Part shown: piece by piece, positions 25,790-35,420 of the stretch
Numbering within the stretch: the stretch's first letter is position 1
How the letters are laid out: the number at the start of each line of letters is the position of its first letter
Origin: Mytilus edulis
Lineage: Eukaryota
Assembly: GCF_963676685.1 (NCBI RefSeq)
Contig: NC_092355.1
Location: 62,248,001-62,312,000, forward strand
Length of the DNA: 64,000 nt
Reading direction: 5' to 3'
Notes under the pieces: model-generated
What the model was told of the DNA's origin: nothing
Seen by the model: only the letters and a program-made list of their open reading frames with translations
The model's database searches: none
Program-made: the position numbers and the translations under genes

Positions 25790-27268
25790 ATGGATGATTT
25801 GCATGATTTAGGGACAGAAGTCCACAAAGATGCATCGTCTGCTACGGCAGACCATGCTACCGGCCAAGATGGCAAAAAATGTCTAAGAGAATATAAGATT
25901 CCCAAAAAGACTCGCACAAGCAAATACGATTATAGAGAATCCTCAGATGACGATTCCGAGACCGACCCATATGAGGAGCATAGCTCCGAAGAAGACTGTA
26001 TTTCGGGCTCAGAAGCTGAAGGCGGGGAAATTATGAAATCGAAAAGTCGCAGAAGCGATTGTGCCAAATCAGGAGTATCTGATGACAAATCGGAATGTGA
26101 GAGATTCGATCCGTTGGATAAGGAGTCCGAACTATTTATGTCTGGCAGTATGGCAAGGTATGTGCAGACGTATTTTAGTACTTACATGAGTAAAAGTTGC
26201 TTGAAAGAAAAGGTTCTTGGTGATTCACCCGTCCCTTCAAACACCATACTTTCGCCTCCTTCAATCGACAAGTTCATTGAAGACTTGATAGGAAATCGAA
26301 AGGCTTGGCGATCCATGAAACTGCATGATAACAGTTTGAAATTTATTCAAAAGAAAGTAGCTCTAATAATGGGCCCTCTTTTCAAAATGTGGCAAGAAAT
26401 CGATGGAGCGAATCACGGGAAAGAAACATCCGAGATGTCCATTACAGATGTACTGAATCTAATTGAACGAACAGTGCTCTTGGTGGGACAAGTAAATGTG
26501 GCATGACTTTACGAAAGGAGAATAAATTTCATGGCCAAAATTCTGAAAGGCATGAAGCAAGCTAAACAAACTTTGTCGCATAATCAAATCATGTTAACTG
26601 AGTCCGGAGAGGCCCTTTTCGGGGACAACTTTTATAATGTCCTTGACAAGAAAAGCAAGAACAGGAAAAGAGCCAGGGAAATGGAAAAAGAAATGGGTCT
26701 TGAGACGAAGAGTAGGCGAGTAGACAAGACGCCCTTTCAGACCGGCCCATCCGGTTACCAACAAAGTCAGACGGGTGGATCTGGTAGGGGCCGTACATTT
26801 AACTCGTCAAATGAACAGTCCAAATGGTTCCCAAAATCTGGATTTATACCAGAAAAAAGAAAACCAGCTGGTCTCAAAAAGAGAAGTTACGTATCTGGTA
26901 AACAATTGTCAAACGTTTTCATTGGTAGACGATCAGGTGTCAAAAGTGCAAAACATAGCATTGAATGTCCACCAAATAGTAAAAGATCTGAATTTTGTAA
27001 AGGTGAATCAATCAGATATACCCCTGGGTGGTCGACTTCAATTTTTCGGGGAAAATTGGAGGAAAATAACCTCAGATCAGAAAATTCTAGAGAACATAAC
27101 ACAGTACACAATAGAATTTCTAGAAATGCCCGTACAAGAAACGGTATATACCCCACTCTTTGCGAAAACAGAACGCACATGCATAGAGGGGGAAATAATA
27201 GACATGTTGAGAAAGGGGACTATAGAAAAAGTGAAAACGTCCAATCCCGGTCAATTTCTCAGCCATAA
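25790..27268 (+). pseudogene. gag: DIRS element 1 gag-like ORF1 (one in-frame stop at 26504)
   Basis: Acidic/Ser-rich N-terminus; IQKKVALIMGPLFKMW...LIERTVLLVGQ...ERR...LFGDNF, typical of DIRS ORF1; ORFs 25760..26506 and 26531..27268 share a frame. Confidence 0.8.
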
Positions 27269-28996
27269 CAAAAGTGTGAAATATCAACATTTCAAAATGG
27301 AAGGGTTCCAAACGGTAAAAACATCTCCTAAAAAGAGGGACTGGATGGTCAAGCTGGACTTAAAAGAAGTGTATACATGTCTACCGGTGTTAAAATTGCA
27401 CCGAAAATATCTGCGCTTTCAACATGGTCAAAAGATGTACCAATATCAAACACTTCCGTTCGGCCTGGGGTCCGGCCCAAGAATATTTACAAAAGTAATG
27501 AAACCCATTGTTGCACTAATGAGGCGCATAGGCATGCGGATAGTAATTTATTTGGACGACATTCTAATCCTAAACTAGTCAAAACATGGTTTAGTGAAGG
27601 ACCAAAACATATTAGTGTGGACACTTCACTGTCTGGGTTGGATAATAAATTGGTCAAAATCTGTAACAGAGCCGTCGCAAACTATAGAATTTTTAGGGAT
27701 GATAATAGACTCCATGGAGATGAAAGTTTATCTCCCGGAGGCGAAATACAAATCAACAGTTCAAAAATGCAAACATATGCTAGAATCCCTCCAAGTCTCT
27801 ATTCACGATCTAGCAAGTCTGATAGGTACTCTGAACGCGACTGCAGAAGCAGTAATCCCGGCGTCCCTTTATGTCAGGGAACTACAAATGTTCAAAACAA
27901 AGAGTTTATTGAAAACGACACAATACCGGTCGCTTATAACACTAACGCCCGAATGTAAGAACGAGATGAAATGGTGGGCCCTACACTTAGAAAAATGGAA
28001 CGGGAAATTCATAATGTCCTCAAACCCAGATTTAATTATAGAAAGCGATGCTTCATCAAAACAGGGTTGGGGAGCAGTAGATGTGGATCAAAACATCAGA
28101 ATGGGAGGTCCTTGGGAAGAAACAGAAAAGGCTTTACATATAAATTCTCTAGAATTAAAAGTCGCAGACTTTGGTTTAAAGTTCTTAACAAAAGACAAAA
28201 CTGAAATTCATGTTCATTTAAAAATGGACAATGTGTCCGCTGTAGCGCATATAAACAGAATGGGAGGGACACGATCCCCAATTTTACTAAACATAAGTCA
28301 CGAGATATGGGAATATTGTCTACAAAGGAGAATAACTTTAACAGCCGAATACATCCCGGGGGTTCTAAACGAAATTGCGGACTGGGAGAGTCGTCACACA
28401 GAAAGTTCAAACAATTGGACTCTGAACAGGGCAATATTTCAACAGATCAACAAAATAATGGGTCCTTTGAAATTAAATCTGTTCGCAGATCGCCTGAACG
28501 CACAATTGAACAATTATGTGAGCTGGAGACCAGATCCATTTGCGATCCAAACAGATGCGTTTCAAGTGAACTGGTCGAACAATAACCCATATGCTTTTCC
28601 CCCGTTCTGCTTGATAACTCGTTGCCTAGCGAAAGGAACAAAGAACGCTCGAATCTAGTTATCATAACTCCAGCTTGGCAGTCACAAGCGTTTTACCGAA
28701 TGCTATTGGAAATGTCAATATCAGCACCAATACTGCTCCCTCCAATGAGGGATTTATTGACAAACCCACAGGGCGGGACCCACCCACTAATAGAAAACAA
28801 AACCTTAAAACTAGTGGCGTGGAAAGTTCCCGGACTGAGCGAAAAGCAATGGGACTTTCGGAAGACGCTTCCAAACTCTTGGTTAACGGATGGAGGAAAG
28901 GCATCCAATCCTCTTACAACAGCTGCTGGCGACACTGGGATCGCTGGTATTTTGAACGGGACCTGGATCCCTTTCAGGCCCCTGTGGAATCTATAG
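26775..28996 (+). pseudogene. pol: DIRS element 1 pol: RT, RNase H and methyltransferase-like domain (disrupted)
   Basis: GGRLQFFGENW, HFKMEG, KLDLKE, LPFGL..GPRIFTK, YLDDILI, ESDAS..GWG, HINSLEL, MDN, GGTRS, NLFA..LN, YAFPPF; stop at 27576, frameshift near 28650, apparent deletion of the LRPV-type RT motif near 27265. Confidence 0.92.
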
Positions 28997-29802
28997 CAAA
29001 CTTTATTGCATATTTGTTTAAGTCTGGCTACGAGTATAGCACGTTAAATCTTTGCGGGTCAGCTATTTCGGCATTTCACAAAAATGTGTCTTCCGAAAAA
29101 ATAGGCAAACATCAGTTGATTAAGCAGGTCATGGCGGGGGTTTTTAACGAACGCGCTCCTCTTCCAAGATACACAAAAACTTGGGACGTAGATATAGTTT
29201 TAAAATTTATAAGTTCTATGGGGTCGAATAAAAATTTGAGTTTGAAAGAATTGACATTGAAATTGACCATGCTTTTAGCTCTTACTTCAGCGAGTAGGTC
29301 GTCGGACATTCAGAAACTGGATATGAATTATATGAATGTTCGTACAAATGAAATTATTTTTACAATGGTAAAACTAACAAAGACTAGAAAGACTGGTTTA
29401 CAACCATACCAAATAACATTTAGCTCCTTCCCGGAGAATGACAATCTTAATGTCGTTCAATGTATCTTAGACTACATTGATAAAACCGTGAGTCTTCGTC
29501 CTAATGAGTGTAATCAATTGATCATTAGTTTTATTAAACCTCACAAACCTGTCAAATCATGCACAATTGCGCATTGGTTAAAACGTATGCTAGAATCTGC
29601 TGGCATAGATACTGACATTTTCAAACCACATTCAACTCGGGGTGCGAGTACATCAAAAGCAAACAAGTTCGGAGTTTCAATAAAACAAATTATGAATATA
29701 GCAAACTGGCTATCTAGGGGAACGTTCGAAAAATTCTACCACAAACCACTAGAAACAGAAATTGAAGCAGGTAGCTTCCAATCAACTGTCCTTAAACTGT
29801 GA
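28675..29802 (+). CDS. DIRS element 1 tyrosine recombinase (open ORF, start uncertain)
   Basis: SAM-like N-domain (SYNSCWRHW...YSTLNL..SAISAFH), PLPRY..TWDV, catalytic R (SASRSSD), HSTR, W (ANW) and Y (FEKFY) all present. Confidence 0.9.
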   Translation: MAVTSVLPNAIGNVNISTNTAPSNEGFIDKPTGRDPPTNRKQNLKTSGVESSRTERKAMGLSEDASKLLVNGWRKGIQSSYNSCWRHWDRWYFERDLDPFQAPVESIANFIAYLFKSGYEYSTLNLCGSAISAFHKNVSSEKIGKHQLIKQVMAGVFNERAPLPRYTKTWDVDIVLKFISSMGSNKNLSLKELTLKLTMLLALTSASRSSDIQKLDMNYMNVRTNEIIFTMVKLTKTRKTGLQPYQITFSSFPENDNLNVVQCILDYIDKTVSLRPNECNQLIISFIKPHKPVKSCTIAHWLKRMLESAGIDTDIFKPHSTRGASTSKANKFGVSIKQIMNIANWLSRGTFEKFYHKPLETEIEAGSFQSTVLKL

Positions 29803-29961
29803 TTATACAGAAACCAAAAAAGGAAAAGTTAAAGCAGTGTAAAAATGTTTATAAGAAAAAAAAAAAATCATAACAAAACAAAACAAAAAAACAATTTGAT
29901 AAATCTATTTGTATATAGTGTAATATAGTGTATATAAATAAATAATTAAACAACTTTGAAC

Positions 29962-30064
29962 ATACATTATTAAACCTTACTTAAGTTTGAGAAATAAAAT
30001 TGAAAATAAGTGCACGAAATGCACGCAATGAAATTAAGATTTTATGATCAAACTTAAGTAAGGT
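29962..30064. promoter_or_regulatory. Internal complementary region (ICR) of DIRS element 1
   Basis: Reverse complement of the left end, then a gtgcacgaaatgcac hairpin segment, then reverse complement of the right end. Confidence 0.9.
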
Positions 30065-31110
30065 ATGGTTCCCACCCACCCGACCGCTTTATTTGGGCGT
30101 GTGTATTTACATATATTCATTAAGATTTATAATCGTATTTCCTTTGTTTTGCAGTACATCTTTCAAAAAGGATTAACGGATGAAGACAAGAGAGATTGTT
30201 GTCAGCTAATATAAAAAAGAAGACGAAAAAGACAGTTTATAGAACTTTTATTTCGTTGGGACAGTTAGCATGCAGAAACAATATTTGATTTCGTTATTAC
30301 AATTTTGTAGAACAGACCACATTTGTTATATACAACTGGAAGTAATAAAATGATTGATTAAGAAGTTCTTTTTGAAATGGCATTTTAATTGATGGAAAAG
30401 GGTACTTTTGTCAATGAGATAACTCCATCGTTACTTTTGCATACTGAGGAAATTAGGCAATGTTTTAAAGAAACTCAAACACAAATAAAAAAAAAAAAAG
30501 AAAGAAGAAAAATGATAAATTTAAATCTTTCCATATTCAGCCTCGTTAAGAAGGATGCATCATGGGAATTTTCCCATGAGCCATAGCTTTGAAGGGCTTT
30601 ATATGGGGAATTCAGGAAGAATACATTATTAAACCTTACTTAAGTTTGATCATAAAATCTTAATTTCTTTGTCAACGATAAAATTCTCAGTACATTCTAA
30701 TCAGGTTCAGATATTATTCAATGTTACAGGGATATAAGTATCCCTTACATACCTACATAAGAGTTATTTCTTTCAGAACGTCAGGTCACCCAGACGATAC
30801 CAAGTTTCAATGAAATTTGCTTCAAGGTCATTAATTTCCCGATTGAAATGCAAACTATAATTATATTTCTAAGATTTTCATGAGATATAATAATGCATTG
30901 ACCTTCAATTCTAATTAAATAACATCTCTTTAAAGTACACCCCTGAATAAAAAAATGTTACAACCCAGGTAATACCTTACTGCGCATGCCCATAGGTAAC
31001 ATCGTATACCCCGGGCTACAATAGATCGACTTTCAATTTAGTTTTCTTTGAGTAAAGACGTTTTTTTTTCAAATTATTTAAAGGTTAGTGGGTTTATTAT
31101 TTTAGTTAGC

Positions 31111-32399
31111 ATGGCTAACGACCAACTCAATGACATTCCGTTAGGGATGTCTACACCGTCTCGAGAGAGCGGTGCATTTGATTCGGAAGACCATAGGGTC
31201 AATGAAGAAAATGTAAGTTTTACCGCAGTGGCGATAGAAACTGATAAGGTAGTCGAGTCTTTGGGCTCTTCTCACAAGTCGAGGAGAAATATCTCTTCTA
31301 GTCAAGATGATGAAATGTCGTTGGTCGACGGGACAGAAGAAGATGTCAGACAGAGCTGGTCTGACCTTGATACCAAAAACCCTAAACGGAAACGGGACGA
31401 TTCCGGACCTAGCAGAAAAGGTAAGATTAAACACAGGACAGTTGTTAATCATTCTAGCAGTTCCTCTGAAAATACTAGTAGCAGTAAATCATCTTCTAGT
31501 AACTCTGAATCAGAGAGTTCAGAAGACAATAAAGCGTTTGACAAAGAACCTTCTTTGTCTAAAGATAAAAAAGAAAAAGTACCATCTCATATTACCAAAT
31601 ATATAGAGAAGTAATAGCTAAACTAAAGGGTATAAGTAAAAAGACGAGACAAGATATGTCTTTGAATTGGCCTATTCCTTCGTCTAAAGGGTTATTTAAA
31701 GGCTCTTGAAAGAGATAGATTTTTAGAAAAATTATTTTCAAGGTAGAAAGTGGAATGCTAAACTAGAAAGAAGTAAAATTAACACACAGCTACGCATTCT
31801 AGATGTTATGGGTCCTCTGTCCCGTTTATGGTCTGAAGCACATAGGATTAAGAAAGATAATCAAGGTATGGACCCTGCTGATGTAATTCAGTTTACACAG
31901 AGGGCTATTGTGCTAGCTTGTAATACTCACTATGTTTATAACACTGACAGGAGAAAAGCAATGTTAGTTAAAACTATGCCAGATAGTCTAGATTTTTTAA
32001 ATGAGAAGAAAGGCAAGAAAGCTTTGGCAAAATCTAAGGGTCAACTTTTTGGTAATAAATTTCTAAAATCTTTGGCTAAAGAAAACAAGGATAACAAAGA
32101 ACTTAGAGAAATGTTGTTGTTTTCTAACAAGAAAAAAACATGCTGGTAAACCTCATTTTAATAGAAAAAATGATCATTTTTTTCAGCAGGGGCCCACAAA
32201 CAACCTGCAGTCTGTGGGCGGCAGACAAGCTCTCCATCCACAAGTTTCAGGGAAGAGACCTTGGCAGGGAAACCAGTCACAGAACAGACAGGGGAACAGT
32301 TATGGTCAGCGCCAGAATCAGCGCCAGAACCAGACCCAGAACCAAAGCCAGACCCAACCTCAGAACAACCAAGTGTTCAAGAAACCTGCAAACCGATAG
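31111..32399 (+). pseudogene. gag: DIRS element 2 gag-like ORF1 (frameshifted)
   Basis: Ser-rich N-terminus; ILDVMGPLSRLW...QRAIVL...TDRRKAML...QLFGNKF; Q/N-rich C-terminal tail. Confidence 0.75.
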
Positions 32400-34484
32400 A
32401 ACGGGTAGGTCAAGAGAAAACTTTAAGTCATATACAAAACTATTTCCAATTACCAATGAATTGCATTATCAATCAAAATTCTATTCCTGTAGGGGGAAGG
32501 GTAAGTCTTTTCCTACAGAATTGGAACTCAATTACAAAAGATCATTGGGTTCTCCAGTGTGTAAAAGGAATAAAATTAGATTTCTTAGCAACACCTTACC
32601 AAAATCATATACCAAATCAAGCTTTTTTCAATCAAGAGAATCAGGAACTGATAAACAAAGAAATAACAGGACTTTTGAACAAGAAGGCCATAACACAGTC
32701 TTTCCTGACAAAGGATTCGTTCATAAGCAACATTTTTTCTGGTACCAAAGAAGGGAGGGGGTCAAAGACCTGTTATAAATCTAAAAGGCCTAAATGTTTT
32801 TTTACGTTACGAACATTTCAAAATGGTGGGAATTCATTTGTTGAAAGATCTTCTTTTGAAGAACGATTGGATGGTAAAAATAGACCTAACCGATGCATAT
32901 TTGACATTGCAAATAGCAAATGAACACAGAAAATACCTCAGATTTTTTTGGCAGGGAAAAATAATGGAATTCAGGTCCCTCCCGTTTGGGATTGCAGTAG
33001 CCCCAAGAATATTCACAAAACTGATGAAGGTTCCCATGACTTTATTGAGACGTTTAGGTGTACGTCTGATAGTTTACCTAGACGATATTCTAATAATGAA
33101 TCAGTCATCTCTCAACAGTTTTGTCAATATTAAGTTTAGGTTTTCTGATCAATACAAACAAGTCCGTAATGGAACCTTCACAAACAATGGAGTTTCTGGG
33201 TTATGCAGTAAACTCAAAGTTGTTGACTTTGTCTCTCCCGAAGCAGAATGTAGAAAAAATAAAGAACAGTTCAAAATTGATGCTAGAACACAAGAAAGTG
33301 TCAGCAAGAGATTTAGCTCAGTTGATAGGTCAGTTAACAGCAACCAATCAAGCTGTCCTTCCAGGTCCTCTGCATTATCGCAGTTTACAAATATTGAAAA
33401 CAAAAGCCCTGCATTTGGGGGGCCATTACGATCACCGAATCCAGTTAAACGTTGAAGTTCAGAACGAGTTGCATTGGTGGGTAACCAAGCTGGGGTCTTG
33501 GAACGGGAAAGCGTTACTAAGACCAGAACCACATTTAACCATTCAGTCGGATGCAAGTCTGTCGGGATGGGGAGCAACATGCCAACAGATAAGTATAGGT
33601 GGGCTTTGGATAGACGAGGAAAAATCCCTCCATATAAATCAGCTCGAGCTAAAAGCAGCAATGTTTCGCAGTACAATCTTATGCCAAAAATCTACAAAAC
33701 AAGCATATTCTTATACAAATGGACAACACGACAGCAATTGTATATGTAAGCAAAATGGGGGGAACGGTGTCAAAAAAACTAAATTCAGTTTTGGGATTGG
33801 TGTCTTCAAAGGCAATTAACAATCACTGCGGACTATATCCCAGGAAAAAGCAATGTTATAGCAGACTGGGAAAGCAGGCATTATGCGGATTTCAGCAATT
33901 GGCGGTTAAGTCCGATACTTTTCAAAAGTCTCATGAAACGCATAGGCCCATGCAACGTAGATCTGTTTGCAGACAGGTCAAATACTCACCTGAATCAATA
34001 TTTCAGCTGGAAGCCAGATCCCCAAGCGAAAGCGGTAGATGCCCTTCTCCAATCCTTGAGAGAGATAAAGGGTTATGTTTTTCCCCCGTTCTGTCTAATA
34101 AGTACGTGTCTGGCGAAAGTTCGGGAGGAGAACAGTCAGATAATTCTGATAACTCCAGTTTGGCAATCCCAGGCTTGGTACCTGCTGTTACTTCAAATGT
34201 CAGTAGATTACCCAGTGTTACTTCCCATGAGTCACAACACTTTATTGTCTCCCATGAAAGAGCCACACCCACTGATTCTGAACAAAACATTAAAATTAGT
34301 AGGGTGGACGGTCTCCGGAGATCATTTAACTCAATTGGAATTTCAGAAGAAACTAAAGAATTACTCCTTGGGTCTTGGAAATCGGGAACAAGATCTTCTT
34401 ACGACAGTGCCTGGAATAAGTGGTCTAGCTGGTGTAACTCACGGGAAATTGATCCCTTTTCAGCACCTTTGGCCGCTATCTTAG
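32261..34484 (+). pseudogene. pol: DIRS element 2 pol: RT, RNase H and methyltransferase-like domain (frameshifted)
   Basis: GGRVSLFLQNW, KIDLTDAY, LPFGIAVAPRIFTK, YLDDILI, QSDASLSGWGA, HINQLELKA, MDNTTA, VDLFADRSN, YVFPPF. Confidence 0.92.
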
Positions 34485-35298
34485 ATTTTTTGACTTGGAT
34501 GTATAAAGAGGGGTATCAATACAGAACTTTAAATGTTCACCGTTCGGCCATATCTTCAGTCCTGCCATATATCGGTGGCGTCCCAATTGGTCAATTACCT
34601 ATAGAAAAACAATTAATGAAAGGTGTTCTACAAAATAACCCACCTTTACCAAAATACCAATTTTCATGGGATTTGGATATTGTTCTCAAATATTTATCCG
34701 CTTTACCAATAAACAAAAAACTTGATTTTTCAGTTTTAAGTAAAAAGTTATCAATTTGATTGGCTTTGGCAGCGCCTAAAAGAATATCTGAAATTGCAAG
34801 GTTAGACAGAAGATTCATGTCCAGAAACAAAAGTAGTATAATTTTTCATTTATCGGGTCTGTCTAAAACACAAAAAGATTGCAATAATAGATCAGTGAAA
34901 TACTGCAAATTTTCAAAGAAAAAATTATGTGTTATTTCTTGTATACATGAATATGAATCGAGAACGGAACATTTAAGGCCTGTTAGTAAACATGAACCTG
35001 ATCCTTTATTAAGGTCAACTAAGAAACCTTTTAAAGGTCTATCTTCACAGACAGTTGGAAATTGGATTAAATGGATTATGAAGGAGGCAGGAATCGACAT
35101 CTCATAGTTTCAAGCCAATTCTTGTCGCATGGTATCAACTAGCAAGGCAGCTATGAGTGGCATCAGTATGGATGATATTTTGTCAATGGCAGATTTGTCC
35201 AACACTAGAATGTAGAACGTTTAATAAATTTTATTTTAGGACTAATGAAAAAGCGGGTTTTGCAGATGAAGTTTTAAAAATGGTAAGCTTGCCTTAAA
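34150..35298 (+). pseudogene. DIRS element 2 tyrosine recombinase (inactivated)
   Basis: SSYDSAWNKW...YRTLNVHRSAIS, PPLPKY..SWD, APKRISEI; stops at 34757 and 35105; HxxR box reads NSCR. Confidence 0.88.
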
Positions 35299-35300
35299 CG

Positions 35301-35420
35301 TGCATTATTATATCTCACGAAAATCGTAGAAATATAATTTCAGATTTTATGAGGGCGCAAAGCGCCCGAAATGAAATATTGATTATATGATAAGAATAGA
35401 GTGAGATATAATAATGCATT
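35301..35420. promoter_or_regulatory. ICR of DIRS element 2 (circle-junction template)
   Basis: Reverse complement of the left end + AATT + reverse complement of the right end, including the gggcgcaaagcgccc hairpin. Confidence 0.92.

Larger units (their letters stand above)
25595..30667 (+). mobile_element. DIRS1-like tyrosine-recombinase retrotransposon, element 1
   Basis: Overlapping gag, RT/RH/MT and YR frames; inverted termini (aaacttaagtaaggtttaataatgtat); ICR at 29962-30064; absent from the duplicate at 43682. Confidence 0.95.

Noticed and set aside
28675-29802. Prophage integrase or bacterial contamination
   Set aside because: The YR lies within a DIRS element with RT, ITRs and ICR, in eukaryotic repeat context.
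26589-35100. Antisense and alternative-frame ORFs within the DIRS elements (e.g. 27377..27958, 33149..33676)
   Set aside because: No recognisable motifs; expected shadows of overlapping, GC-richer coding DNA.
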